Source: Escherichia coli | GTDB lineage: Bacteria > Pseudomonadota > Gammaproteobacteria > Enterobacterales > Enterobacteriaceae | Assembly: GCF_044324785.1 (NCBI RefSeq) | Contig: NZ_CP172127.1 | Reading direction: 5' to 3' (one strand) | Length of the DNA: 64,000 nucleotides | Shown here: positions 23,746 to 34,426 of the stretch, in pieces | Numbering within the stretch: position 1 is the stretch's first letter | How the letters are laid out: every line of letters begins with the position of its first letter | Position numbers and translations under genes: made by a program | The notes under the pieces: generated by a model | What the model was told of the DNA's origin: nothing | Database searches by the model: none | Seen by the model: only the letters and a program-made list of their open reading frames with translations

Positions 23746-24156
23746 GTTGTTTGTTTTCCCTTGAAGTCCTTAACGACAAATATCGTTATAAAAAAATGCC
23801 AAGCGACATGAGACTAATTACCTGGGCATGTTGAAACAATTCCTTAAGGCCAAATCTGTGGACTAACGCACAAAATTATATGCTGTGAGGATAATCTACC
23901 GCCGAGGCAAAACGAGTTCGAGATTACCCGATTGGTGCGGTCTTGGCGAGCGGTTTTACATGATTTTTTATAAGAAAAAGTGATACAGAAAGTTAATAAA
24001 CGGGATTGGTCAATTAAAGTACGATTGAGTGAAACGCATGCAATCCATTCATTTACTTAGAGAATGATTTTTACGCGCGATGGATGAAAGCACGGTGCGC
24101 ATCATCAGGATTATCCTCACTATAAAAATAACCCTGATGATGTTAATTACTGTGAG

Positions 24157-24870
24157 TTATTTGTTTTGGAAATGTTTGTTTTTTCCCGGTAGTGATTTGT
24201 CAAAAAAGGTGATTAATCGATCACTTAATGGCGTCAGCAACACCCAGGGCAAACCGATCAATATCACGGTCATCGAACCGACAATGATGTCAGTAAACCA
24301 GTGTGCGCCAATCATTACTCTGGGAAACGCAAAAACCACAAAAATAATAAGGGCGATAAGGCCTGCAACTTTGCCGAAATAACGCCACATGAATGCCGAA
24401 AAAATAAGCAGCATCATACCGTGATCGCCGGGAAAGCTATCTCGTGAGGCATCTTTCGTGGGAACAGAGAGCAGTTCGCTGACGCGGTTAATATCGGTAA
24501 AAGTCAATGTTGGGCTGGCCCGTTTTACAGGAATTAATGCCTGACCCAGCTGGTTTAATACCACTGCAGTTAATAGCATGACCAGACCAATAATCACGAT
24601 ACGTCGTCTGCCTGGGGCGTTTTCTTTCAGCCAGAAACTCAGCATCAACATTCCCATCGCCAGCAGTGAACAACCGTCGAAAGCGCGATTGTTGGTCAAT
24701 GCAACCAGCCACAAAAAGGCCTTACTTTCGACCAGTTTCTGATTAAAGAAATAAAAAATATCCGCATCAATCGGCAACCAGAATCCATGATTAACGGGTA
24801 TATACCAGGAAAGAAACAGCGCGAGGCCGACAATATTCAACAACACTATTTGCGGCAAATTTTTAATCAT
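24157..24870 (-). CDS. lpxT: Lipid A 1-diphosphate synthase LpxT (PAP2 family)
   Basis: 237 aa from internal Met (MIKNLPQ); multi-TM PAP2-like. Confidence 0.85.
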   Translation of the reverse strand: MIKNLPQIVLLNIVGLALFLSWYIPVNHGFWLPIDADIFYFFNQKLVESKAFLWLVALTNNRAFDGCSLLAMGMLMLSFWLKENAPGRRRIVIIGLVMLLTAVVLNQLGQALIPVKRASPTLTFTDINRVSELLSVPTKDASRDSFPGDHGMMLLIFSAFMWRYFGKVAGLIALIIFVVFAFPRVMIGAHWFTDIIVGSMTVILIGLPWVLLTPLSDRLITFFDKSLPGKNKHFQNK

Positions 24871-24908
24871 ATTTTCTCTAATTATCTTACTGAAAAACGC
24901 AGGCAACC

Positions 24909-25895
24909 TTACGCGGTAGTCGCTAAACGAAGCTTCAACAGCGCGCTCTGCAAGGCATTCCAGTCAGCTTCGCTGCTGGAAATCAGCTCAATACGACTGT
25001 CCGGTGGCGCAACGTTTTGCGTTTCAATGTGCAGGTCATCGCCCTGACGGTTGATTCGCACCAGCCCTTCGGGAATACGCATCACGCCTTTGACGCGTTC
25101 CACCGGTGCAAGTCGCGCCCATTCCAGAATGCCGATGGTGTCGAATACCGTATCAGCGTCGAATATCCAGCCACAGGCCTGATGCCCTTGTCCGCTGTTC
25201 AGACTGCGACGCCAGCGTTGATGCTCTGGCAGGCTTAATGCTGCTAACCCTTTTTTCACGCTATGCTGATGAGAATGCGCGGCGCTGGCGGGCAACTCGG
25301 CTAAATTGCGACGCGGCAAATCCAGAAGATGACCGTCAATTTTCCCATGCTCGCTGTGAATTAATTGCCGATCGCCACCATTTTGCTGCCACCAGCGCTG
25401 TAGCGCTTGCTCACTTTCGGGCGTCGCACGGTCGGATTTATTGGCGACAATAATGTCTGCGGCAGCCAGCTGGTCACGGAAGTTTTCATTGCTGGCGCTT
25501 TTTTCGTCCAGCAGCAGGCGTGGATCGAGAATGCACAACGTGGCGCGCAGATCTATCCACGGTTCATACACGGGCGCGGTTAAGAGATCGAGGATCTGTT
25601 TCGGATGACCCAGCCCGGTCGGCTCTATCAACAAGCGGTCTGGTTTTCCCTGACGCAGTAAGGTATTCAACCCTACCTGCATGGGTAAACCATTAACGCA
25701 GCACATACAGCCGCCGGGGATCTCTTTCAGCAATGCGCCGCTATCGGCGAGCAAAGCACCATCAATTCCGACTTCCCCAAATTCATTAACCAGTACCGCC
25801 CATTTTTCGTTGGGATCTTTATGGGCTAACAGATGAAGAATCGACGTGGTTTTCCCGCTGCCGAGAAAACCGGTGATGAGGTTGGTCCTGGTCAC
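24909..25895 (-). CDS. yeiR: CobW/COG0523-family metal-binding GTPase YeiR
   Basis: 328 aa; P-loop GFLGSGKTT, CxCC motif (GCMCC), His-rich segment. Confidence 0.85.
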   Translation of the reverse strand: MTRTNLITGFLGSGKTTSILHLLAHKDPNEKWAVLVNEFGEVGIDGALLADSGALLKEIPGGCMCCVNGLPMQVGLNTLLRQGKPDRLLIEPTGLGHPKQILDLLTAPVYEPWIDLRATLCILDPRLLLDEKSASNENFRDQLAAADIIVANKSDRATPESEQALQRWWQQNGGDRQLIHSEHGKIDGHLLDLPRRNLAELPASAAHSHQHSVKKGLAALSLPEHQRWRRSLNSGQGHQACGWIFDADTVFDTIGILEWARLAPVERVKGVMRIPEGLVRINRQGDDLHIETQNVAPPDSRIELISSSEADWNALQSALLKLRLATTA

Positions 25896-26012
25896 AACGG
25901 CTCCGCAATACTCTTAAAAGTTAACTGAGCGTTAATCCTGGCTAAAAACGGCAGAAAAGAGAAGGGGAGAGCGGACGAAGGCGAGCTTCATCCGCTTTAA
26001 CCGCAGAAATCG

Positions 26013-27488
26013 TTAAATTTTGAGGGTGTTTAATAGCGCCTGATGCGCGCCGAATTGTGCGATTTGTTGCCAGGCTTGTTCGATGGTCTGCACAAAATGC
26101 GGGTTATCTGGCAGATCATCACCGAAAACTTCACGCAGGGAAAGCAGGGCGGTGACGCGTTGTTCACTGCTGCTGCCCGCAACAAGTTCGCGAATTTTAT
26201 CGCTAAGCGGATCGCGAACATCAATGGCATTTCCGGCATCATCAACGCCGCTGACGTAACGCATCCAGCCTGCAACGCCTAATGCCAGCATCGACCAGTC
26301 CGTTTCGCGCCCCAGATGTATGCGAATACCTGCCAGCATGCGTTGCGGTAATTTCTGGCTACCATCCATTGCGATTTGCCAGGTCTTATGTTTCAGCGCC
26401 GGATTAGCAAAACGTGCAATTAACTTATCCGCATATTGTGTTAAATCGACATCTTTAATTCGCAGTGTCGGCGCTTGCTCATCCAGCATTAATGCTCTGG
26501 CGGCATGGCGAAATGCGCGATCCTGCATGCAATCACTGATATGGGCGAATCCTGAAAGGTAACCCAGATAAGCGAGAAAAGAGTGGCTGCCATTAAGCAT
26601 ACGTAGTTTCATCTCTTCCCATGGCAGGACATCATTCACCATTTGTACACCTGCGACTTCCCAGGCAGGACGCCCAGCGACGAAGTTATCTTCCACCACC
26701 CACTGGATAAACGGTTCGCAGCTAATCGCGCAGGGATCATTCACCCCCAGATGCTGGCTGATTTCCGCCAGTGATTCGTCGGTTGCTGCCGGAACAATAC
26801 GGTCGACCATGGTTCCCGGAAAACTGACGTGTTCTTTTATCCACCCGGCGAGTTCTGGTGAACGTTTTTCCGCCATCCCCAGCACCGCGTTTTTCACCAC
26901 ATGGCCATTGTCGGGAATATTGTCGCAGGAGAGTACGGTAAACGGTGCAAGGCTGCGTTCACGGCGTCGTTTCAGTGCCTCGACGAGAATACCCGGCGCG
27001 GAGTGAGGTTCTTCAGGATTTTGAAGATCGTGAATAATCCGCAGATTGCTGGTGTCGAGTGCACCGGTGGCCGGGTCAATACAATAGCCTTTTTCGGTAA
27101 TCGTCAGGGAAACAATTGCCACCTGTGGCTCGCAAAATTTCTCAATAATTGCCGCTAAGGAATCCAGTTTTGCATTCAGGCATTCGTTAACGGCACCGAC
27201 AATTATCGCCTGATTGCCGTCCGCCCCTTTCTCCAGCACGGTATATAAATGGTTCTGTGCGCGGAGCTGGCTCATCAGTTGATCACCGCTGAACAAGCTG
27301 ATTTCACAGATCCCCCAGTCGCCGCCCTGGGCATTCAGCACACGATCGGTCAGTAACGCCTGATGTGCGCGGTGAAAGGCTCCAAAGCCAAAATGAACGA
27401 TACGTGATTGCAACTGCTGGCGATCGTAGCGTGGAGCGTGTACATGATGCGGGAGCGTAACGGAGGCGATTGTATTCATAGGAGTCAC
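26013..27488 (-). CDS. yeiQ: Mannitol dehydrogenase-family oxidoreductase YeiQ
   Basis: 491 aa; N-terminal Rossmann-type fold; conserved position. Confidence 0.85.
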   Translation of the reverse strand: MTPMNTIASVTLPHHVHAPRYDRQQLQSRIVHFGFGAFHRAHQALLTDRVLNAQGGDWGICEISLFSGDQLMSQLRAQNHLYTVLEKGADGNQAIIVGAVNECLNAKLDSLAAIIEKFCEPQVAIVSLTITEKGYCIDPATGALDTSNLRIIHDLQNPEEPHSAPGILVEALKRRRERSLAPFTVLSCDNIPDNGHVVKNAVLGMAEKRSPELAGWIKEHVSFPGTMVDRIVPAATDESLAEISQHLGVNDPCAISCEPFIQWVVEDNFVAGRPAWEVAGVQMVNDVLPWEEMKLRMLNGSHSFLAYLGYLSGFAHISDCMQDRAFRHAARALMLDEQAPTLRIKDVDLTQYADKLIARFANPALKHKTWQIAMDGSQKLPQRMLAGIRIHLGRETDWSMLALGVAGWMRYVSGVDDAGNAIDVRDPLSDKIRELVAGSSSEQRVTALLSLREVFGDDLPDNPHFVQTIEQAWQQIAQFGAHQALLNTLKI

Positions 27489-27701
27489 GTCTTAGTAACG
27501 ATTAATTAACAATGACAGTGTAAAGTTATATGACAGCAATTGAAATTGGTCTGGATTGTTAATGCGATGAAGTGTGAGGGCGATCAATCAACGAGTGAAA
27601 ATTGAGGACGTAAGGTGTTCAGGAAGCGCAAAATAGAAGATTGGTATAATAAATTAAAAAAGGGACAGCCTGAGCTATCCCTTTTCTGCATGCGGCTGAA
27701 G

Positions 27702-28274
27702 TTAGTCAGCACGCCCCATATAACGGCGTTCTTCGATATGGATACGAATTTTTTCGCCCGGGCTTAAGTATTCTGGTACCTGAATCACCAGACCAGTGCT
27801 CAATGTCGCCGGTTTGTTACGGGCGCTGGCAGATGCCCCTTTGATGCCTGGTGCGGTTTCAACGATTTCCAGATCAACGGTCTGCGGCAGCTCAAGCGCC
27901 AGCAGTTGACCGTCCCAGGTCAGCACCTGCATGTCCGGCATGCCGCCCTCAGGCATAAACAGCAACTCTTCTTCAATCTGATCTTTGGTGAAGGTATACG
28001 GGGTATAGTCTTCTTTATCCATAAAGACATATTCGTTGCCATCGACATAGGAGAAGTCAACGTAACGGCGGGTCAGCGTCACGGTGTCAACGATATCATC
28101 ACCTTTGAAACGCTCTTCTACTTTCAGCCCGGTACGGACATCAGAAAAACGCATTTTGTACAGCGTAGCGGCACCGCGGGCAGTGGGCGACTGAATATCA
28201 ATGTCCTTAACCAGCAGCAGTTTGCCGTTGTAATTCAGTACCATACCTTTTTTAATTTCGTTCGCTCTTGGCAT
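27702..28274 (-). CDS. yeiP: Elongation factor P paralog YeiP (EfpL)
   Basis: 190 aa starting [10 protein letters not shown]; EF-P fold signature; ORF-track call is over-extended. Confidence 0.9.
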
Positions 28275-28428
28275 CGAAAAATTCCTGTAGTCGAAAATGT
28301 CAAAAATATCGCGACAAAGTACTCGCGACGGGCCTTTCGGGCAAGTGGTATTCGCACTTTTGCTGGTGCAAAAAAGGTGGTACTGTGCGCGCTCATCAAT
28401 CCGGTGGTTAACCTTAAGAGAACAACGT

Positions 28429-28683
28429 ATGGAATGCCGTCCGGGTTGCGGGGCGTGTTGCACCGCCCCTTCAATTTCCAGCCCTATTCCCGGTATGCCA
28501 GATGGCAAGCCCGCCAATACGCCCTGCATTCAGCTTGATGAACAGCAACGCTGTAAAATTTTCACCTCGCCACTGCGACCGAAAGTTTGTGCGGGCTTAC
28601 AAGCCAGCGCTGAAATGTGCGGTAACTCGCGTCAGCAGGCAATGACCTGGCTTATCGATCTGGAAATGCTGACCGCGCCTTAA
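28429..28683 (+). CDS. yeiW: Small Cys-rich protein YeiW (UPF0153)
   Basis: 84 aa with CGACC cysteine cluster; 4-nt convergent overlap with setB. Confidence 0.7.
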
Positions 28684-29861
28684 ACATCTTTAATCCGCAG
28701 TAAGCAAAACAGAGTGGCGATAATCATCACCATCGCAAACCAGAACACAGCGTGATAATTCCAGATCTCGGCGACGATGCCCGCCACTGATCCTGCGATG
28801 ATCCAGCCTACGCGCGAAGTGTTGGTATAGAGCGTGGTGGCTGAACCTGCCTGACCGGGCATTAAATCCTGAAAATAGAGCATCCCAATGCCGCCCAGAA
28901 TGCCAATAAAAATAGCATTTAGCAGCTGCAAGCCCAACAGAATGGCAGGTGAATGCGCCATCAGCATTCCTGCGTAAAAACAGACGCCACCCACGGCAGC
29001 AACGCGCATTAAGAAGCGCTTGCCCAGACGTTTGGCGAAATATCCGGCAATCAACATGGTCGGAATTTCCAGCCCGGCGGCGGTCCCCATCATCACACCG
29101 GCCAGTTTCTCGGGAAGATGCAGTTCGTTGATAATAAATAGCGGCATGTTGATGATGTACAGGCTGTTCGAGCCCCACATCAATGTACAAATGACAAACA
29201 GCAGCAGTGTATCGCGACGGTTACGGCGCGGCGCTTCAACCGTGCCGGTCGCCAGCGGAAGTTCTTTTTGCATCGACGGTAAAAACAGCCACACCATCAC
29301 GCCGCAAACAATAAACGCTACCGCTGCGCTCAGATACATTACCGTAAAGCTGAAACCCATCGCTAAGGCATAAGCCAGCGGCGGGCCAATGACCCATGCC
29401 AGTGAAACCTGAGCGCGTAAAAAAGAGCTGAACATCACCGCTTCACGTCCGGTTTTGTCAGCATGTTCACGGGCAAGGGCAAACATTTGCGGGTTAGCGG
29501 TCGAGCCAAAGCTGCTAAGAAAGACGCCAACGAATAGCAAAACAAAGTAGTTGCGATTCCAGGCAAAAAGGGTGCAGGCCAGCACGCCTAACAGGCAGCA
29601 AAAGACAATCAGCGATTTGCGATCGCCGCGCTTATCAGAGCGCCCGGCGAGAAACTGACTGACCAGAATCCCAATGACAGCGCTGCCGGTAAAGAAGAAT
29701 CCCACCATCGCTGGACGGGCATGTACTTCATCGGTAAGAAAAATGCTGAGTGTCGGGGTTTGCAGAGCGCCCGCAATACCGGTGAGAAAGGCAACGATTA
29801 AAAACGCCGTCGAGGTCAGGTCAAACGATTTCGCGCTGGAGACTGCGGGGGAGTTATGCAT
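28680..29861 (-). CDS. setB: MFS sugar efflux transporter SetB
   Basis: 393 aa, 12-TM MFS profile. Confidence 0.9.
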
Positions 29862-30126
29862 GCTGGTCGATCACTGGAAGAGGAAGACGCGGAGTTTACG
29901 CTGCTTGTCAGAAAATAAACAGACAGCGAAATCAAAAGCGCCACGAATAATCAAAATGCCATTTCACTGTTGCTGATTGGCTGCTGACGCTGCTGAAATG
30001 AAATTGCTGATAACGGATTTTCCCATCAGCAATTAGGAAAAATGACAAAAAATTGTGCAGCACATCAAACTTTTGCTCATAACTTTACGGCTTTCCTTGC
30101 GTGCTGAAACAGAAGTATTATGCTTT

Positions 30127-30142
30127 CTTGAAACGTTTCAGC
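30127..30142. promoter_or_regulatory. Cra (FruR) operator, distal site of the fruBKA promoter
   Basis: cttgaaacgtttcagc, palindromic match to the Cra consensus (GC)TGAAWCGWTTCA(GC). Confidence 0.7.
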
Positions 30143-30193
30143 GCGATCTTGTCTTTAACCCTAAGCCAGGTTGGCGCTTTTTTTCTCATAGAA

Positions 30194-30214
30194 GCTGAAT
30201 CGTTTCAATTCAGC
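30194..30214. promoter_or_regulatory. Cra (FruR) operator, proximal site of the fruBKA promoter
   Basis: gctgaatcgtttcaattcagc, extended palindrome containing the Cra core; about 15 bp upstream of the fruB RBS. Confidence 0.7.
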
Positions 30215-30228
30215 AAGAGAGGAGAACT

Positions 30229-31359
30229 ATGTTCCAGTTATCCGTACAGGACATCCATCCGGGCGAAAAGGCCGGAGACAAAGAAGAGGCTATTCGCCAA
30301 GTCGCTGCGGCGCTGGTGCAGGCCGGTAATGTAGCTGAAGGCTACGTCAATGGCATGCTGGCGCGCGAACAGCAAACCTCTACGTTCCTCGGCAATGGTA
30401 TTGCTATTCCACACGGCACTACCGACACCCGCGATCAGGTGCTGAAAACCGGCGTTCAGGTATTTCAGTTCCCGGAAGGCGTCACCTGGGGTGACGGCCA
30501 GGTAGCGTACGTGGCGATCGGTATTGCTGCCAGCTCGGATGAACATTTGGGCCTGCTACGCCAGCTGACCCACGTACTGAGCGATGATTCCGTTGCTGAA
30601 CAACTGAAGTCAGCAACAACAGCAGAAGAACTTCGCGCATTGCTGATGGGCGAAAAGCAGAGTGAGCAGCTGAAGCTCGACAACGAAATGCTGACGCTGG
30701 ATATCGTCGCCAGCGATCTGCTGACTCTTCAGGCGCTGAACGCTGCTCGTCTGAAAGAGGCGGGGGCAGTTGACGCCACTTTCGTCACCAAAGCCATCAA
30801 TGAACAACCGCTGAACCTCGGACAGGGTATCTGGCTGAGCGATAGCGCCGAAGGCAATCTGCGTAGCGCGATTGCGGTAAGCCGTGCGGCAAATGCTTTT
30901 GATGTGGACGGCGAAACGGCAGCCATGCTGGTGAGTGTGGCGATGAATGACGATCAGCCCATTGCGGTTCTTAAGCGTCTCGCTGATTTGTTACTCGACA
31001 ATAAAGCTGACCGCTTGCTGAAAGCGGATGCGGCAACGTTGCTGGCGCTGCTGACCAGCGATGATGCGCCGACCGACGACGTGTTAAGCGCGGAGTTTGT
31101 GGTGCGCAATGAACACGGCCTGCATGCTCGTCCAGGTACCATGCTGGTCAATACCATTAAACAATTTAACAGTGATATTACCGTGACAAACCTTGATGGC
31201 ACCGGCAAACCGGCAAACGGACGTAGTCTGATGAAAGTTGTGGCACTTGGCGTTAAGAAAGGTCATCGCCTACGCTTTACCGCCCAGGGTGCAGATGCTG
31301 AACAGGCGCTGAAAGCCATTGGCGACGCTATCGCTGCTGGTCTTGGGGAGGGCGCATAA
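30229..31359 (+). CDS. fruB: Fructose PTS multiphosphoryl transfer protein FruB (EIIA-Fru / FPr)
   Basis: 376 aa; N-terminal EIIA domain, C-terminal HPr-like domain; strong RBS (gagaggag). Confidence 0.95.
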
Positions 31360-32297
31360 TGAGCAGACGTGTTGCTACTATCACCCTTAATCCGGCTTAT
31401 GACCTTGTTGGTTTCTGCCCGGAAATTGAACGCGGCGAAGTGAACCTGGTGAAAACCACCGGTCTGCATGCGGCGGGTAAAGGCATCAACGTGGCCAAAG
31501 TATTAAAAGACCTGGGAATTGATGTCACCGTTGGTGGCTTCCTCGGTAAAGACAATCAGGATGGTTTTCAGCAACTGTTCAGCGAGCTGGGCATTGCCAA
31601 CCGTTTCCAGGTTGTACAGGGGCGCACCCGAATTAACGTTAAGCTGACGGAAAAAGACGGCGAAGTGACCGACTTCAACTTCTCGGGTTTTGAAGTCACT
31701 CCCGCCGACTGGGAACGCTTTGTGACTGATTCTCTGAGCTGGCTCGGTCAGTTCGATATGGTCTGTGTCAGCGGAAGCTTACCGTCAGGCGTCAGCCCGG
31801 AAGCGTTCACCGACTGGATGACTCGCCTGCGTAGTCAGTGTCCTTGCATTATCTTTGATAGTAGCCGTGAAGCGTTAGTGGCAGGTTTGAAAGCGGCACC
31901 GTGGCTGGTGAAACCTAACCGCCGCGAGCTGGAAATCTGGGCAGGCCGTAAACTGCCTGAAATGAAAGATGTGATTGAAGCTGCGCATGCGCTGCGTGAA
32001 CAAGGTATCGCGCATGTCGTTATTTCACTGGGTGCCGAAGGCGCGCTTTGGGTTAATGCCTCCGGCGAATGGATCGCCAAACCACCGTCAGTCGATGTCG
32101 TAAGCACCGTTGGCGCAGGGGATTCTATGGTTGGTGGCCTGATTTATGGCTTGCTGATGCGTGAATCCAGTGAACACACACTGCGTCTGGCGACAGCTGT
32201 TGCAGCCCTGGCGGTAAGTCAAAGCAATGTGGGTATTACCGATCGTCCGCAGTTGGCCGCAATGATGGCGCGCGTCGACTTACAACCTTTTAACTGA
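31359..32297 (+). CDS. fruK: 1-phosphofructokinase FruK
   Basis: 312 aa PfkB-family kinase; 1-nt overlap with fruB. Confidence 0.95.
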   Translation: MSRRVATITLNPAYDLVGFCPEIERGEVNLVKTTGLHAAGKGINVAKVLKDLGIDVTVGGFLGKDNQDGFQQLFSELGIANRFQVVQGRTRINVKLTEKDGEVTDFNFSGFEVTPADWERFVTDSLSWLGQFDMVCVSGSLPSGVSPEAFTDWMTRLRSQCPCIIFDSSREALVAGLKAAPWLVKPNRRELEIWAGRKLPEMKDVIEAAHALREQGIAHVVISLGAEGALWVNASGEWIAKPPSVDVVSTVGAGDSMVGGLIYGLLMRESSEHTLRLATAVAALAVSQSNVGITDRPQLAAMMARVDLQPFN

Positions 32298-32313
32298 CAG
32301 CAGGAGAGGCATA

Positions 32314-34005
32314 ATGAAAACGCTGCTGATTATTGACGCTAATCTCGGTCAGGCACGCGCCTATATGGCGAAGACCCTGCTGGGCGCGGCGGCGCGAAAA
32401 GCAAAACTGGAAATCATCGACAATCCGAACGACGCTGAAATGGCGATTGTTCTCGGTGATTCCATCCCGAACGACAGCGCGCTGAACGGTAAAAATGTCT
32501 GGCTGGGCGATATTTCCCGGGCAGTTGCGCACCCTGAGCTGTTCCTGAGTGAAGCCAAAGGCCATGCGAAACCTTACACTGCGCCGGTCGCTGCGGCAGC
32601 ACCGGTTGCCGCCAGCGGTCCGAAACGCGTAGTTGCGGTGACTGCTTGCCCGACTGGCGTAGCACACACCTTTATGGCGGCTGAAGCCATTGAAACCGAA
32701 GCGAAAAAACGTGGCTGGTGGGTGAAAGTTGAAACCCGTGGTTCGGTTGGCGCGGGTAATGCAATCACCCCTGAAGAAGTAGCCGCAGCGGATCTGGTGA
32801 TTGTGGCGGCAGATATTGAAGTGGATCTGGCGAAATTTGCTGGTAAACCGATGTATCGCACCTCTACCGGTCTGGCGCTGAAGAAAACCGCGCAGGAGCT
32901 GGATAAAGCGGTTGCTGAAGCAACGCCGTATGAACCGGCGGGCAAAGCTCAAACGGCGACCACTGAAGGTAAGAAAGAGAGTGCAGGCGCTTATCGTCAC
33001 TTGCTGACGGGCGTTTCTTACATGCTGCCGATGGTCGTTGCAGGTGGTCTGTGTATCGCGCTTTCCTTTGCTTTTGGTATCGAAGCGTTTAAAGAGCCGG
33101 GTACGTTGGCAGCGGCGCTGATGCAGATTGGTGGTGGTTCAGCCTTTGCGCTGATGGTGCCGGTACTGGCAGGTTATATTGCCTTCTCCATTGCCGATCG
33201 TCCGGGTCTCACGCCGGGTCTGATTGGCGGTATGCTGGCGGTCAGCACTGGTTCTGGCTTCATTGGCGGTATTATTGCGGGCTTCCTGGCTGGTTACATT
33301 GCGAAGTTAATCAGTACGCAATTGAAACTGCCACAGAGTATGGAGGCGCTGAAACCGATTCTGATCATTCCGCTAATTTCCAGTCTGGTGGTCGGTCTGG
33401 CGATGATCTACCTGATCGGTAAACCGGTTGCTGGCATTCTCGAAGGGTTGACTCACTGGCTGCAGACCATGGGGACTGCGAATGCGGTTCTGCTGGGGGC
33501 GATCCTCGGTGGCATGATGTGTACTGACATGGGCGGTCCGGTAAACAAAGCAGCGTACGCGTTCGGTGTGGGTCTGCTGAGTACTCAAACCTATGGCCCG
33601 ATGGCGGCGATTATGGCGGCAGGTATGGTGCCACCGCTGGCAATGGGCCTGGCAACAATGGTGGCGCGTCGCAAATTCGACAAAGCGCAGCAGGAAGGGG
33701 GCAAAGCCGCTCTGGTATTGGGACTGTGCTTCATTTCGGAAGGTGCAATTCCGTTTGCTGCTCGTGATCCGATGCGTGTGCTGCCGTGCTGTATCGTGGG
33801 TGGGGCGCTGACTGGCGCAATCTCAATGGCGATTGGTGCGAAACTGATGGCACCGCACGGTGGTCTGTTTGTTCTGCTGATCCCTGGCGCGATTACGCCG
33901 GTATTGGGTTACCTGGTAGCCATTATTGCCGGTACGCTGGTGGCGGGTCTGGCCTATGCCTTCCTGAAACGTCCGGAAGTGGACGCAGTAGCGAAAGTAG
34001 CTTAA
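32314..34005 (+). CDS. fruA: Fructose PTS EIIB'BC component FruA
   Basis: 563 aa; duplicated N-terminal EIIB-type domains then polytopic EIIC. Confidence 0.95.
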   Translation: MKTLLIIDANLGQARAYMAKTLLGAAARKAKLEIIDNPNDAEMAIVLGDSIPNDSALNGKNVWLGDISRAVAHPELFLSEAKGHAKPYTAPVAAAAPVAASGPKRVVAVTACPTGVAHTFMAAEAIETEAKKRGWWVKVETRGSVGAGNAITPEEVAAADLVIVAADIEVDLAKFAGKPMYRTSTGLALKKTAQELDKAVAEATPYEPAGKAQTATTEGKKESAGAYRHLLTGVSYMLPMVVAGGLCIALSFAFGIEAFKEPGTLAAALMQIGGGSAFALMVPVLAGYIAFSIADRPGLTPGLIGGMLAVSTGSGFIGGIIAGFLAGYIAKLISTQLKLPQSMEALKPILIIPLISSLVVGLAMIYLIGKPVAGILEGLTHWLQTMGTANAVLLGAILGGMMCTDMGGPVNKAAYAFGVGLLSTQTYGPMAAIMAAGMVPPLAMGLATMVARRKFDKAQQEGGKAALVLGLCFISEGAIPFAARDPMRVLPCCIVGGALTGAISMAIGAKLMAPHGGLFVLLIPGAITPVLGYLVAIIAGTLVAGLAYAFLKRPEVDAVAKVA

Positions 34006-34018
34006 TAAAACGTGAACG

Positions 34019-34043
34019 ACAGGGCAGAAATTTCCTGCCCTGT
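34019..34043 (+). terminator. Hairpin immediately 3' of fruA (weak terminator, no strong T-run)
   Basis: 9-bp stem acagggcag/ctgccctgt with 7-nt loop. Confidence 0.45.
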
Positions 34044-34159
34044 ATCATTTGAAGATCGCAAGGTGACTGACTAGTTCTTGAGGGTAACTATATGAATTTT
34101 ATGTTTTTATCTTTAAGTTGAAACCAGAAATCTCATCAAACGTTAATGTTATTTCCTCA

Positions 34160-34187
34160 AGGGCAGATTATTTTCTGCCCTTTTTTA
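34160..34187 (+). terminator. Rho-independent terminator in the fruA-psuK spacer
   Basis: Stem agggcaga/tctgccct followed by a 6-T run; stem sequence nearly identical to the hairpin at 34019. Confidence 0.7.
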
Positions 34188-34326
34188 TTGTTCCTGTTCT
34201 GTGCATCCCGTCACAAATTCCCCGTTTTTATAATTCAGGCATTTAATCGCGTTTTGTGAGCCTGCTCAAATCTGCCCATTTTGCCTCTCTGGCGGTAATT
34301 TACTTTACGTAAAACATGCATACTAT

Positions 34327-34360
34327 GAGCACATGTTTAAATATGAACACATGTTTAAAC
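34327..34360. promoter_or_regulatory. Tandem direct repeats (candidate operator) upstream of psuK
   Basis: gagcacatgtttaaat and gaacacatgtttaaac, 18-bp period, each with palindromic cores (acatgt, tttaaa). Confidence 0.3.
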
Positions 34361-34426
34361 CGTCTTTGCAGTATCAATATTCTTGTGGATTGACAGGGTT
34401 GGTAATTTTTTACCAGAGGACGTGCT

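Noticed and set aside
24080-24382. 100-aa ORF overlapping the lpxT 3' end and the mepS upstream region.
   Set aside because: Overlaps lpxT on the opposite strand and translates an AT-rich inverted repeat; Ile/Leu/Thr low-complexity; no RBS.
27702-28529. Long ORF-track calls with N-terminal extensions (for example yeiP 275 aa, rplY 126 aa, rsuA 263 aa, narP 225 aa, yejF 545 aa).
   Set aside because: Internal Met codons give the lengths and N-termini expected for these conserved proteins; the extensions run into upstream intergenic or neighbouring-gene sequence.
32290-33000. 236-aa ORF antisense to the 5' part of fruA (also 43110..43712 antisense to yeiH; 13187..13843 antisense to rsuA).
   Set aside because: All lie opposite well-supported genes, lack RBS and have Arg/Cys/His-rich low-complexity translations.
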